DNA of 64,000 nucleotides from Alphaproteobacteria bacterium (GCA_965232515.1 CBDDPY010000002.1:4800001-4864000), one strand, 5' to 3'; numbered from the stretch's first letter, positions 9,130-19,295 are shown. The notes: a model not told the origin generated them from the sequence alone. Translations and numbers: made by a program.

Positions 9130-10392
9130 ATGCTTGATGCCGTCGTCATCGGCGCCGGCCAGGCCGGTCTCGGCGCCAGCTACTACCTCACCCGGCACGG
9201 ACTGTCGCACATCGTTCTCGAGCGCGGCCGCATCGGCGAGACCTGGCGCCGACAACGCTGGGACGCCTTCGCGCTGAACACACCGAACTGGCTGAACGCC
9301 CTGCCGGGCGCGCCTTATGACGGGCCGGCGCCGGACGGGTTCGACGATGCGCTATCGCTGGCCGATGCCTTCGCGGCCTATGCCGAACGTTTCGCCCTGC
9401 CGGTGGGAACCGGCGTCGAGGTGACGTCGGTGCGGGCCGAGGTCGGCACGGATGGGTTTCTGGTCGACACCCAGAGCTATGCCGGCGCCCGGTCAACGGT
9501 GGCCGCCCGAAACGTGGTGGTCGCGGCCGGCGTCCAGCATCGGCCCAGGGTCCCGGCCTTCGCATCCAAGCTGCCGGCGACGGTCACCCAGCTTCATGCC
9601 GCCAGCTACCGCAACGCCGCCGCTCTGCCGCCAGGCGCCGTGGTCGTCGTGGGCAGCGCCCAGTCCGGCTGCCAGATCGCCGAGGACTTGAGCGGTGCCG
9701 GCCGCCGGGTCTATCTCGCCACCGGCCGGTCCGGCCGCATTCCGCGCCGCTATCGGGGACGCGATATCGACGAATGGCTCTGGGACATGGGCGATTTCGA
9801 GGTCGCGCCGGCCGCGCTCGACGACCCCTCGGCCATGCGCGTGGCCCAGCCGCAGGTCTCGGGCGTCGGCCGTTTGGGCCATACGCTCAGCCTGCAGTCG
9901 CTGGCCGCCGCCGACGTGACGCTGCTCGGTCGTCTCACCGACATCGACGGCCACCTGCTCCTGTTCGATAACAGCCTCGCCGACAACATCCGCTTCGCCG
10001 ACGAAAAATCGGCGGCCGTGAAGCGCAACGTCGATGCCTATATCGCCGATGCCGGCATCGATGCGCCGCCGCCCGGAACCGATGCAGCGGACCGGCCCTG
10101 GCGCGACCTCGACGGCGTTCAGTCGCCGTCCCGGCTCGACCTGCTCGCCGCCCGCGTGTCGACGCTGATCTGGTGCACGGGCTTCCGCGCCGACTTTCCC
10201 TGGCTGCATCTGCCCGTGCTCGACGCCGACGGCCAGCCTGCGCATCATGACGGGGCTTCACCGGTGCCGGGCCTCTACTTCCTCGGCTTCCCCTGGCTCC
10301 GCAAACGCAAGTCCGGCATCATCTGCGGCATCGCCGAGGACGCCGCCGTGATTGTCGACCGCGTCGCCGCCCGCCGAGCCTGCGCCGCGTGA
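9130..10392 (+). CDS. Flavin-containing monooxygenase family protein (CzcO/TrkA-like)
   Basis: GAGQAG, HAASYRN, GSAQSG, WCTGF. Confidence 0.88.
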   Translation: MLDAVVIGAGQAGLGASYYLTRHGLSHIVLERGRIGETWRRQRWDAFALNTPNWLNALPGAPYDGPAPDGFDDALSLADAFAAYAERFALPVGTGVEVTSVRAEVGTDGFLVDTQSYAGARSTVAARNVVVAAGVQHRPRVPAFASKLPATVTQLHAASYRNAAALPPGAVVVVGSAQSGCQIAEDLSGAGRRVYLATGRSGRIPRRYRGRDIDEWLWDMGDFEVAPAALDDPSAMRVAQPQVSGVGRLGHTLSLQSLAAADVTLLGRLTDIDGHLLLFDNSLADNIRFADEKSAAVKRNVDAYIADAGIDAPPPGTDAADRPWRDLDGVQSPSRLDLLAARVSTLIWCTGFRADFPWLHLPVLDADGQPAHHDGASPVPGLYFLGFPWLRKRKSGIICGIAEDAAVIVDRVAARRACAA

Positions 10393-10432
10393 CAGCATCC
10401 CGCGGGTGTTTGATCTGTCGCGTCGCGGCGCG

Positions 10433-10999
10433 CTATTCGCGGTGGCAATCGCTGCACGGCTGGTTCTCGCCGATCGGGGGATGGTCGGCCGGCAGGGTCC
10501 GGGTGTTGATCGCCGGCGCCTGACCGGACGGCACGCCGGTCGCCGGGGACGTGGCTGCATCGCCGTCCGACGGCATTTCCGCCCAAAACACGCGCCGGAA
10601 ATACTCGTTCCAGTCGTGCAGGGCATTGACCGGCGGCAGCGCCCAGACGGCGCTGACCGCAAGCCATGCCGTGACCAGCAGCGCCAGGACCAGCTCCCAC
10701 GTCGACGTCAGATGCCGGCTTGCCCGGTCGCGCAGGTGATGCAGCAGGCCGCGCCAGTTGCAGGCCAGATGCGCGAACCCCATGACCACGAAGATGACGG
10801 CGAATGAGAGGTGCAGCGTCTGCCAGCCGACGCGGTCGAGCCCCAGCAATGTCCAGTCGATCTGCCTGGCGACCCGCCCCGTCGGCGCTGCGAACATCAC
10901 GATGCCGCTCGCCAGCAACGCCAGAAATCCGAACAGCACCAGATAGGTGATCAGTCCGCGATAATCGAAGCGACGGCGTCTTGGTCCGGCTCCTTGCAT
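10433..10999 (-). CDS. DUF4405-like membrane protein with C-terminal CxxCH
   Basis: Three TM segments, WQTLH...AHLACNW; ends LPADHPPIGENQPCSDCHRE. Confidence 0.75.
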   Translation of the reverse strand: MQGAGPRRRRFDYRGLITYLVLFGFLALLASGIVMFAAPTGRVARQIDWTLLGLDRVGWQTLHLSFAVIFVVMGFAHLACNWRGLLHHLRDRASRHLTSTWELVLALLVTAWLAVSAVWALPPVNALHDWNEYFRRVFWAEMPSDGDAATSPATGVPSGQAPAINTRTLPADHPPIGENQPCSDCHRE

Positions 11000-11260
11000 C
11001 ACCACTCTCCGTCTCTTCGGCCTGTCCGTTGCATCGCTTCTTCGGAAGGGCCCGATCGCATGCGCCATAGACGCCGGGACCGGCGGGCGCACTGCTCTGG
11101 ATCAAGCCTTGCGGTTCCGCGGCGGCGCATCAAATATGTCGCGCCGGCCTGGGCGCCGTCCGGGTCTTTCTTCGAGTTGCGAGGTGTAATGTGTGTATCG
11201 AGGCTTCGCGGTGGCCGTGCCGGCATTTGGCGCGTCCTGCGCAATCCAATCCGCGCTGTC

Positions 11261-12055
11261 ATGTCGATTGTGGGGTCTTCGGCCGCCATTCTGTTGGCGA
11301 CGGCGGCCGGCGCCGCTGAGATGATCGAGCGTGCAGACCTTGCCGAGATCTTCGCCGGTTACGGCGTCGCCGGCACCTTCGTCGCGTATGACGTCGCGGC
11401 CGACCGCGATATCGCTGTCGATCCGGATCGAGCGGCGCGGCGCCTGATTCCGGCCTCAACCTTCAAGGTCGCGAACAGCCTGATCGCGCTCGAGACCGGC
11501 GTCATCGCCGACGCGGACGAGATCGTCCCCTATGGCGGCAAGCCGCAGCCGATCAAGGCTTGGGAAGCCGACATGTCGATCCGCGACGCCATCCGGGTCT
11601 CGAACGTGCCGGTCTATCAGGAATTGGCGCGGCGCGTCGGGCTCGCGGGCTATCGTACCTGGCTCGACCGGCTCGGCTACGGCAACGCGGATCCGGGGGA
11701 CCAGGTCGACGTCTTCTGGCTGCGCGGCCCGCTCGCCATCAGCGCCGTCGAGCAGACCCGCTTCCTCGCCCGCCTGGCGCGCCGCGACCTGCCGGCGAGC
11801 GACCGGTCGCAGGAACTTGTCCGCGACATCCTCCGCATCGAAAGCGGCGACGGTTATGCGCTCTACGCCAAGACCGGCTGGAGCATCGCCAGCACGCCGC
11901 AGCTCGGTTGGTGGGTCGGCTGGGTCGAGCGCGGCAACGCGCTGCACACCTTCGCCCTCAACATCGATGTCCGCTCGGACGCCGACGCCCGCAAACGCAT
12001 CCCCCTCGGCCGCGCCCTCCTAACCAAGCTCGACCTGCTCCAACCCCAACGATAG
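11261..12055 (+). CDS. Class D beta-lactamase (OXA-like)
   Basis: STFK, SNV, YGN, KTG motifs and a signal peptide; start approximate. Confidence 0.9.
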   Translation: MSIVGSSAAILLATAAGAAEMIERADLAEIFAGYGVAGTFVAYDVAADRDIAVDPDRAARRLIPASTFKVANSLIALETGVIADADEIVPYGGKPQPIKAWEADMSIRDAIRVSNVPVYQELARRVGLAGYRTWLDRLGYGNADPGDQVDVFWLRGPLAISAVEQTRFLARLARRDLPASDRSQELVRDILRIESGDGYALYAKTGWSIASTPQLGWWVGWVERGNALHTFALNIDVRSDADARKRIPLGRALLTKLDLLQPQR

Positions 12056-12058
12056 TAG

Positions 12059-12121
12059 TTCCGGTGACAGTAACCTTAATTCGAACGCGGTAGTTCCAAG
12101 TTGCGGTTACTGTCACCGGAA
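12059..12121. repeat. Palindromic REP-like element, family A, copy 1
   Basis: TTCCGGTGACAGTAACC...GGTTACTGTCACCGGAA, 17-bp arms. Confidence 0.85.
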
Positions 12122-12143
12122 TTATGCTGTCTTCGGTATTTGG

Positions 12144-13088
12144 TTACCGCGATGCCAGGTGGATCGCGGCCAGCATGCAGCGCACCGAGCCGCCGGCCAT
12201 CTCGATGGTCGGCACGTCGAGCGGCAGCAGCGTGGCGCTGGTTTCGATCCGGGCAATCTGGTCCGGCGTGAGCGCCGCCTGCGCCCGCCGTGACAGTGCC
12301 AGGACGCGGCTGTCTTGGCCTTGCAGCTCGATGGCGTTGCCGGCGAAGTCGCCGATCTGCGCGTCGCTGAGCGCGATGACGTCGCGCCCAGACTGCTCGA
12401 ACCGCCGGACGATCTCGGCGCGGCGGGCGGCATCCGCGATCATGTCGAGGCCGATCAGCACGAAGTCGGTGGCGATGCACATCAGCACGTTGGTGTGATA
12501 GACCGGCACGCCCTGGGCGTCGCGGGCGTCGAACACCATCGGCTCATAATTGAAATGGGCGCAGAAGCGCTCCAGCGCGATCGGGTCGGTGCGGTTCGAC
12601 GAGACCGCATAGGCGACGCGGTCGATATGGTCCAGCACCATGGCGCCGGTGCCCTCCAGGAACAGGCCGTCCGGCTCCAGCCCGGAATAGTCGACCACGT
12701 CCTGCACGCGGTAGTCGCGCTTCAGCATCTCGATCACGTCCCCGCGCCGCTCCTTGCGCCGGCTGGCCGCGAACATGGGATAGATCGCCACATGCCCGCC
12801 GGGATGCGTCGAGAACCAGTTGTTCGGAAACACCGAATCCGGCGTTTCCCGGCCTTCGTCCTCGAACATATGCGCGCGCACGCCATGGTCGGCGAGCGTC
12901 TCCGCCGCGGCGCTGACCTCGCGATAGGCGGCGTCCGCCAGCTTGGCCCGGTCCAGATGCCGGGCACATTGCTGAAACGCGTTGTCCGTCGCAGTCTCGA
13001 TATTCGGCGTAAAGTGATGCGGCCGGATCATCACCACTGCCGGCGGCGCCTGTACGCTGCGGCGCTCGATCGGCCTGTGGGCCGTCAT
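12144..13088 (-). CDS. ctlX: Citrulline-utilization hydrolase, amidinotransferase superfamily
   Basis: TPDSVFPNNWFS, LEGTGAMVLD, YHTNV, GGSVRCM; ATGA overlap with ocd. Confidence 0.85.
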   Translation of the reverse strand: MTAHRPIERRSVQAPPAVVMIRPHHFTPNIETATDNAFQQCARHLDRAKLADAAYREVSAAAETLADHGVRAHMFEDEGRETPDSVFPNNWFSTHPGGHVAIYPMFAASRRKERRGDVIEMLKRDYRVQDVVDYSGLEPDGLFLEGTGAMVLDHIDRVAYAVSSNRTDPIALERFCAHFNYEPMVFDARDAQGVPVYHTNVLMCIATDFVLIGLDMIADAARRAEIVRRFEQSGRDVIALSDAQIGDFAGNAIELQGQDSRVLALSRRAQAALTPDQIARIETSATLLPLDVPTIEMAGGSVRCMLAAIHLASR

Positions 13089-14149
13089 GCCGCCTGGGCC
13101 TTGGCCGCGCGCATGACCATGCCGAACAAGTCGCGCGGGTCGTCCGGGTCGGCCAGCATGTCGAGATCCTGGAACTGCCCGGTGCGGTCGAGCTGGTCGC
13201 GCACGAAGCGCAGCGCCGAGAAGTCCTCGACCGCGAAGCCGACGCTGTCGAACAGTGTGATCTGCCGCCGGTCGGACCGGCCCGGCACGTCGCCGCGCAC
13301 GACCTGCCACAGCTCCACCACCGGATGGTCGTCGTCCAGCTGCTGCAGCTCGCCTTCGATCCGGGTCTGCGGCGTGAACTCGACGAAAATGTCGGACCGC
13401 AGCAGGATGTCCCGGTGCAGCTCGGTCTTGCCCGGACAGTCGCCGCCGACCGCGTTGATGTGCACGCCCGACCCGACCATGTTGTCAGTCAGGATCGTGG
13501 CGTACTGCTTGTCGGCCGTCGCCGTGGTGATGATATCGGCGCCCTCGACCGCCTCGTGCGCCGTCGCGCAGGTGGTGATGTCGAAGCCCTTGCCGGCCAA
13601 ATTGGTGACGCACTTCATCGTCGCCGCCGGATCGACGTCAAACAGCCGCAGCCGGTCGACCCCCAGGATCGCCCGGAAGGCCAGCGCCTGGAACTCGGAC
13701 TGCGCGCCGTTGCCGATCAGCGCCATCGTGCGGGCGCCCGCTGGCGCCAGATACTTCGCCGCCAGCGCCGAGGTCGCCGCCGTCCTGAGCGCGGTCAGAA
13801 TGGTCATCTCCGATATCAGCACGGGATAGCCGCTCGCCACGTCCGACAGCACGCCGAAGGCGGTCACCGTCTGCAGGCCCTGGCGCGTGTTCTTCGGATG
13901 GCCGTTCACGTACTTGAAGCCGTAGACCTCGCCGTCGCTGGTCGGCATCAGCTCGATCACGCCGTCGGCCGAGTGCGAGGCCACGCGCGGCGTCTTGTCG
14001 AACAGCTGCCAGCGCCGGAAGTCCTCTTCCAGATAGCCGGCGAGGCCGGAAAGGAACGGCTCGACGCCGACGTCGAGCGCGATCTTCATCATGTGATCGA
14101 CGCTGACGAAGGGCACGATGTTCAGGTTCTGCGGCGTGGCGTGGGTCAT
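13085..14149 (-). CDS. ocd: Ornithine cyclodeaminase
   Basis: KYVNGHP, LTALRTAA, GNGAQ, FDSVGFAVED. Confidence 0.93.
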   Translation of the reverse strand: MTHATPQNLNIVPFVSVDHMMKIALDVGVEPFLSGLAGYLEEDFRRWQLFDKTPRVASHSADGVIELMPTSDGEVYGFKYVNGHPKNTRQGLQTVTAFGVLSDVASGYPVLISEMTILTALRTAATSALAAKYLAPAGARTMALIGNGAQSEFQALAFRAILGVDRLRLFDVDPAATMKCVTNLAGKGFDITTCATAHEAVEGADIITTATADKQYATILTDNMVGSGVHINAVGGDCPGKTELHRDILLRSDIFVEFTPQTRIEGELQQLDDDHPVVELWQVVRGDVPGRSDRRQITLFDSVGFAVEDFSALRFVRDQLDRTGQFQDLDMLADPDDPRDLFGMVMRAAKAQAA

Positions 14150-14324
14150 GGCCTGGCGCTCCATCGGCTGGGAACGGGCGCGCGAAGGCATTGCCTTCGG
14201 CTCTAATTGAAGATAGTGATGCCCTATGCCAGAAAAAATGCCATTTCTTTGCAAGATTTGACGTATTAATGATAAAATTTACACTGAATAATTATCATAT
14301 CGGCAACTTGAGCTGAGCAGCGCC

Positions 14325-14771
14325 ATGGCCAGGCAAACCGGCGCCAAGCACATCTACGACGACCTCGACCGCGAGCTGATCGCGCTGCTGCGCAAAGACG
14401 GCCGGGCGCCGCTGTCGAAGCTGTCGGAAATCCTCGGCGTGTCGCGCGGCACGGTGCAGAACCGGCTCGACCGGCTCCTGGAATCCGGCGCGCTGCTCGG
14501 CTTCACCATCCGCGTGCGCGACGACTACGCGCCCGACACGGTCCGCGCCATCATGCTGATCGAGGTCGCGGGCAAATCGACATCAGATGTGATCAAGCGC
14601 CTGCGCGGCATGCCCGAGCTGCAGAAGCTGCACACCACCAACGGCGCCTGGGACCTGGTCGCCGAGATCGCCACGTCCGACCTCAACGACTTCGACCGCG
14701 TCCTGCGCGAGGTCCGCATGATCGACGGTGTCCTCAACAGCGAAACCAGCATCCTGCTGAGCACCGTCTGA
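14325..14771 (+). CDS. Lrp/AsnC family regulator
   Basis: DDLDRELIALLRKDGR HTH; divergent from ocd. Confidence 0.93.
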   Translation: MARQTGAKHIYDDLDRELIALLRKDGRAPLSKLSEILGVSRGTVQNRLDRLLESGALLGFTIRVRDDYAPDTVRAIMLIEVAGKSTSDVIKRLRGMPELQKLHTTNGAWDLVAEIATSDLNDFDRVLREVRMIDGVLNSETSILLSTV

Positions 14772-14890
14772 TGCGGCGACCTGCCGGCGCCAAGGCTTTG
14801 CTTCCAGGCCGCGACCGCGGCCCGCCGGCTTATCCGGCGCGCCCGCGCAGGCGCGGACCTCAAGGTCCGCCTGCCGTGAGCGCAAAAACG

Positions 14891-15517
14891 CTAGCGCCGC
14901 AGGCGCTCGCCGAACTGTTGTTGCAGCTTGGCCAGCTTCGGGCCGGTGTTGAAGACGATATAGGGCTGCGTCGGGTTCCGCGCGGCGTAGTCCTGGTGAT
15001 AGTCCTCGGCCTCGAAGAAGGCTTCCAGCGGTTCCAGGTGCGTCGCGATCGGGGCGGCGAAGACGCCGGCTTCGTTCAGCTGCGCGATATAGGCCTCCGC
15101 CACCCGCTTCTGGTCGTCGTCGGCGACGAAGATCGCCGAGCGGTATTGCGGGCCGACATCGTTGCCCTGGCGGTCGACCTGGGTCGGGTCGTGCGCCACC
15201 GCGAAGAACACCTTCAGGATCTGGCCGAACGAGATGCGGGCGGGATCGTAGCGTACGTCGACGACCTCGGCATGTCGGGTCATGCCGCTGCAGACCGTGC
15301 GGTAGTCGGCCGTCGCCGCGCTGTCGCCGGCATAGCCCGAGACCACGGCGTTGACGCCGTCGAGCTGTTTGAACACGGCCTCCACGCACCAGAAGCAGCC
15401 GCCAGCCAGCACCGCGTGCCGTTCGGCGCCGTCCGCGGGCGCGGGCAGGTCGATCGCCGGGTCCGGAAAGCCGGCCGGCGCGGTCATCGCGTCGTCGTCC
15501 GTCGTAATCTCGGCCAT
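14891..15517 (-). CDS. msrA: Peptide-methionine (S)-S-oxide reductase
   Basis: [27 protein letters not shown]. Confidence 0.93.
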   Translation of the reverse strand: MAEITTDDDAMTAPAGFPDPAIDLPAPADGAERHAVLAGGCFWCVEAVFKQLDGVNAVVSGYAGDSAATADYRTVCSGMTRHAEVVDVRYDPARISFGQILKVFFAVAHDPTQVDRQGNDVGPQYRSAIFVADDDQKRVAEAYIAQLNEAGVFAAPIATHLEPLEAFFEAEDYHQDYAARNPTQPYIVFNTGPKLAKLQQQFGERLRR

Positions 15518-15582
15518 GTCAAATCCCCGTTCAGCAGGTCCCGCCCATACATATAGGGCGTTTGTTTCCTTAGCGCATGCCG

Positions 15583-16233
15583 CTACAGCGCCTTGCGGAA
15601 CGTCAGGTTGATGCGGGCGCGCCCCGTTAGCGGATGCACGCCCTCGGCCAGCGGCTTCACGCCGTGCCGCCACAGGCGCGCCGGCCCGCCGAAGACGATG
15701 GCGTCGCCGTGGGTGAGCGGGATCTGCCGCGACCGCCCGCCCTTGGGCCCCGCCAGCAGAAACACCGCCGGCAGGCCCAGCGAGAACGACACGATGGGCT
15801 GCGCGAAGTCCTGCTCGTCCTCGTCCCGGTGCAACCCCAGCCGCGTCCCCGGCTCATAGCGATTGATCAGACAGGCGTCCGGCGCGAAGCCGTCGAACCC
15901 CGCCCGCGCCGCCGCCTCTGTCGCCAGCGCGGCGAACCGCGCCGGCATCGCCGGCCACGGCCGCCCGCTCTCGGGATCTTGGCGGTCATAGCGATAGCCG
16001 CCCCGGTCCGTGACCCAGCCGACACGGCCGCAATTGGTCATCGCCACCGACATCCTGCGCCCGCCCGGCGTCGTCATCAGTCGGAACGGCGCTTGCGCTG
16101 CCACCCGCTCGATCAACGGCAAGACCTCGGCCGCTGGCACGAACCCCGGCAGCAGCGTCACCCCCTCGGCGATCGCCGCCACCGCCGGCCGCGGCAAGTC
16201 CTCGAACAGCGGCAGATCCCGTCCGGTCGTCAT
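15583..16233 (-). CDS. alkB: DNA oxidative demethylase AlkB
   Basis: [26 protein letters not shown]. Confidence 0.93.
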   Translation of the reverse strand: MTTGRDLPLFEDLPRPAVAAIAEGVTLLPGFVPAAEVLPLIERVAAQAPFRLMTTPGGRRMSVAMTNCGRVGWVTDRGGYRYDRQDPESGRPWPAMPARFAALATEAAARAGFDGFAPDACLINRYEPGTRLGLHRDEDEQDFAQPIVSFSLGLPAVFLLAGPKGGRSRQIPLTHGDAIVFGGPARLWRHGVKPLAEGVHPLTGRARINLTFRKAL

Positions 16234-16279
16234 GGTGGACGATTCCTTTAGCTCGACGGCGTCACCCGACGGCACATCC

Positions 16280-16416
16280 TTCTAGACACGCCCTTGCGGG
16301 CGTTCCTCAGGATGAGGCTTCGAGACGGGCCGCCGGCCCTCCTCAGGGTGAGGTCGGCACGTGATATCACCCACCACCCTCAGGCTGAGGAGGCCCCGCA
16401 GGGGCCGTCTCGAAGC
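16280..16416. repeat. Palindromic repeat cluster, family B (CTTCGAGACG...CTCCTCAGG), two tandem units plus one inverted
   Basis: CTTCGAGACGGGCCGCCGGCCCTCCTCAGGGTGAGG pairs with CCTCAGGCTGAGGAGGCCCCGCAGGGGCCGTCTCGAAG. Confidence 0.75.
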
Positions 16417-16584
16417 CCGCCGCATGGGCCCCAGCATCACGATCACGCCCCAAACCATGCCCGATCCGCGCCCAGCCGCCTATCCGGAATTTGCTGAAAA
16501 TGCGGGCATCCCGCGCACGGATCTTTAACCGGGACGTGCGAGGCTCGGGCACAAGAGCTAAGTCCCCTCGCGATCTTCCCCATT

Positions 16585-16661
16585 CGTCACCCCCGCGTTT
16601 GATCCGGGGACCAGGCCAACCGTTCGGCCGCGTGGATATTCGGATCACGTTCGGCATGACG
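16585..16661. repeat. Palindromic repeat, family C, degenerate copy
   Basis: CGTCACCCCCGCGTTTGATCCGGGGACCA...TGGATATTCGGATCACGTTCGGCATGACG, similar to 61077-61163. Confidence 0.6.
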
Positions 16662-16699
16662 GGGAAACAGTCGGCGAGGGGCCAGAGGGGAGATCGGGC

Positions 16700-17341
16700 A
16701 TGACCAGAGGAATGGGGCTCGCCGCCGGCCTGGCGGCGCTGATCGCGCTGGCGGGTTGCGCCGGCATGGACCAGCCGACCTGCGTCGCCGCCGACTGGCG
16801 CACCGTCGGCTATAACGACGGCGTGCAGGGCCGCACGCTCGACGCGCTCGAGCAACATACCAACGACTGCACGCGCCACGGCGCGCCGCCGCAGCTGGAC
16901 GCCTACATGACCGGCCGCGAGTCCGGTCTGGTGGTGTTCTGCCAGCCCTGGCAGGGCTATGGCTACGGGCTCCGGAACAAGGCCTATACTGGCGTCTGCC
17001 CGGCCAATCTCGAGCCCGACTTCCTCGCCGCCTTCCACGACGGCCGCCGCCAGCATCAGTTGCAGTCGGCCTACAACCACCTGCGCCGCCAGGTCCAGCG
17101 CGCCGACCGAAAGATCGATCAGCTCGACACTGACCTCGACAGCAAGGAACGGCGCCTGGTCGCGAAGGATCTCGACACGAACCAGCGCCTCAAGCTGATC
17201 GACCAGATCCGCCGCCTCGCCGAAGAGCGCGGCCGCCTCTACGAGCAGCTACCGGCGCTCGAGTCCCAGCTCGTCGACGCCGACGCCGAGCTCGCCGCCT
17301 ACCAGGCCGCCATGGCCCAGCGCTACCCCGGCGGCCGCTGA
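16700..17341 (+). CDS. DUF2799 domain lipoprotein with coiled-coil C-terminus
   Basis: LAGC lipobox; C..ADW..G..DG..G, YTGVCP. Confidence 0.85.
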   Translation: MTRGMGLAAGLAALIALAGCAGMDQPTCVAADWRTVGYNDGVQGRTLDALEQHTNDCTRHGAPPQLDAYMTGRESGLVVFCQPWQGYGYGLRNKAYTGVCPANLEPDFLAAFHDGRRQHQLQSAYNHLRRQVQRADRKIDQLDTDLDSKERRLVAKDLDTNQRLKLIDQIRRLAEERGRLYEQLPALESQLVDADAELAAYQAAMAQRYPGGR

Positions 17342-17402
17342 GCCGCCAGGCAGAGTCGGCGGTCTCTACACAGCCACCGCCGCCACACCCCGGCGCCCGC
17401 CA

Positions 17403-17464
17403 CATTCCGGGGACAGTAACCTTAATTCAGCTACGCACGAATTAAGGTTACTGTCCCCGGAATG
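17403..17464. repeat. Palindromic REP-like element, family A, copy 2
   Basis: 26-bp perfect arms CATTCCGGGGACAGTAACCTTAATTC, 10-nt loop. Confidence 0.9.
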
Positions 17465-17603
17465 CTACTGCACGGTCGTGCCGCGAGATGCAGACCGCAA
17501 GACTGCGCGTCTCGACACATTCACGCCTTGACGCCGCACCACGAATGCGCGAAACGGGTGCGGCTGTTCCGCGAGGGGCGGGCGCGGCGAACGGCGACAG
17601 CAT

Positions 17604-17837
17604 TTGACCGCGACGAGGAGAAACGAGATCGCCCGCCCGGACAGGAAGAAGGACCCGGTCGCCTACTACATCAGCCTCGGTATCTGCTTCGGCGTCGTCT
17701 TCGGCGTGGCGGTCGGCACGGCAATGGACAATGTCGGCACAGGCCTGGCCATGGGCCTGGCGCTCGGCATCGCCATCGGCGCCAGCACCGGCGCCCGCAT
17801 CAAGAAACAACGCGACGCCGAAGACGCAAACGAATGA
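17604..17837 (+). CDS. Small glycine-rich two-TM membrane protein
   Basis: ISLGICFGVVFGVAVGTAMDNVGTGLAMGLALGIAIGA; start uncertain (TTG). Confidence 0.6.
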   Translation: MTATRRNEIARPDRKKDPVAYYISLGICFGVVFGVAVGTAMDNVGTGLAMGLALGIAIGASTGARIKKQRDAEDANE

Positions 17838-17945
17838 GGTTCGGATCCACATGGATCCCTGACCCGTTCGAGAAATCCACGCAAGTCATCCTGGCGGAGG
17901 CCAGGGTCCACATTCGGTGCGTTCGCCGCACCTCGGCGTTCGCCG

Positions 17946-18010
17946 TATTCCGGGGACAGTAACCTTAATTCGAACGCGTAGTGCGAATTAAGGTTACTGT
18001 CCCCGGAATA
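17946..18010. repeat. Palindromic REP-like element, family A, copy 3
   Basis: 27-bp perfect arms TATTCCGGGGACAGTAACCTTAATTCG, 11-nt loop. Confidence 0.9.
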
Positions 18011-18087
18011 TTACCGCGCGGCCTCGCCGCGGACTTCGGACGACCTTGGCGCCTTAGCGTCTTGGCGGTGAACCCGGTTTGTTGGTC

Positions 18088-19224
18088 CTAACCCGCGCGC
18101 ATCTCGCGGATTGCGGCGCCCAGCTCGGCGATCCCGGTCTTGATCGCATCCACCGGCGGAAAGCCGAAGGCGAGCCGGATATACGGCCCCGTGGCCCCAT
18201 GAATGTGGAAGTTCGCGCCGTCGGCAAAGGTCACGCCGCGCGCCTCGGCCGCCGCCTGCAGCGCCGGCACGCCCACGTCGTCCGGCAGCCTTAGCCAGAT
18301 GAACAGCCCGCCCACCGGGTGCGACCAGGAGCAGAGGTTGCCGAGCTCGCTCTCGAGCGCCGACAGCATGGCGTCCCGCTTGGCTTTGAGCGCTGCGTTC
18401 GCCATCTCCACATGCTCCCACAGCCGCCCGTCGAGATAGGCCGCCGTCAGGGCCGCGGCGAGCGTGTTCGGCCCGGCGTCGTTGCGGAAGGCGAGAATAC
18501 GCGCCAGCATCTCCGGCGCCGCCGTCAGATAGCCGAGCCGCACGCCCGGCGCGAAGATCTTCGACAGCGAGCAGATATAGATCTGCCGCGGCCCGGGATC
18601 GAGCGCATAGAGCGCCGGCGGCTTTTCGCCCTCGAAATGCACATCGCCATAGCAATTGTCCTCGACCACGACACAATCATGCTTCGCCGCGATCTCGACC
18701 AGCTCCTGCCGCCGGTCGCGCGGCATCATCGCCCCCGTCGGGTTCTGGTACGTCGCCAGCGTGTAGATGAACCGCGGCCGCCGCCCGTCCGCCGCCAGCC
18801 GGTCCATCACATCCGCCAGGTCATCCGTCCGCATGCCCTGCGCATCCTGCGCCACGCCCACCATCTCGATGCCCATGGCGTCGAACGCCCGGATCGTGCC
18901 CACGTAGTTATAGGCCTCCATCACCACGCACTTGTCGCCGCCGGCGCCGATGCCCGCGCACAACGTCTCCGCCACCAGTGTAATCGCCTGCATCGACCCG
19001 TTGGTCAGCACGATCTGCTCGGGATCGAGCCGAACCCCCTCCCGGTCATACTCCCGCTCCGCCATCAGCCGCCGCATCCGCTCATGCCCCAGCTTCCCCG
19101 GATACCGGTTCAACTCGACCGTCAGCTCCGGAATCACATCAGCGGCCGCCGCGGCGAACTCCTCGGCCGGAAACGTCTCGGGATTGGTATTTCCCGTGGC
19201 AAAGTCATAGGGCGGGGTAGTCAT
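18088..19224 (-). CDS. PLP-dependent class I/II aminotransferase (2-aminoadipate transaminase-like)
   Basis: YQNPTG, EDNCY, SLSKIFAPGVRLG. Confidence 0.9.
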   Translation of the reverse strand: MTTPPYDFATGNTNPETFPAEEFAAAAADVIPELTVELNRYPGKLGHERMRRLMAEREYDREGVRLDPEQIVLTNGSMQAITLVAETLCAGIGAGGDKCVVMEAYNYVGTIRAFDAMGIEMVGVAQDAQGMRTDDLADVMDRLAADGRRPRFIYTLATYQNPTGAMMPRDRRQELVEIAAKHDCVVVEDNCYGDVHFEGEKPPALYALDPGPRQIYICSLSKIFAPGVRLGYLTAAPEMLARILAFRNDAGPNTLAAALTAAYLDGRLWEHVEMANAALKAKRDAMLSALESELGNLCSWSHPVGGLFIWLRLPDDVGVPALQAAAEARGVTFADGANFHIHGATGPYIRLAFGFPPVDAIKTGIAELGAAIREMRAG

Positions 19225-19295
19225 GGCGCGTGATCCTCGCGGGTGCGGTTGGCGAGGGGGAGAGTATAGGACAGGTTGGCGCCGTTGCGCTTGGA

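Noticed and set aside
12059-18010. CRISPR array or integron attC sites from the family A repeats
   Set aside because: Only three dispersed copies, no regular spacers, no cas or integrase gene, and the ends are not RYYYAAC/GTTRRRY.
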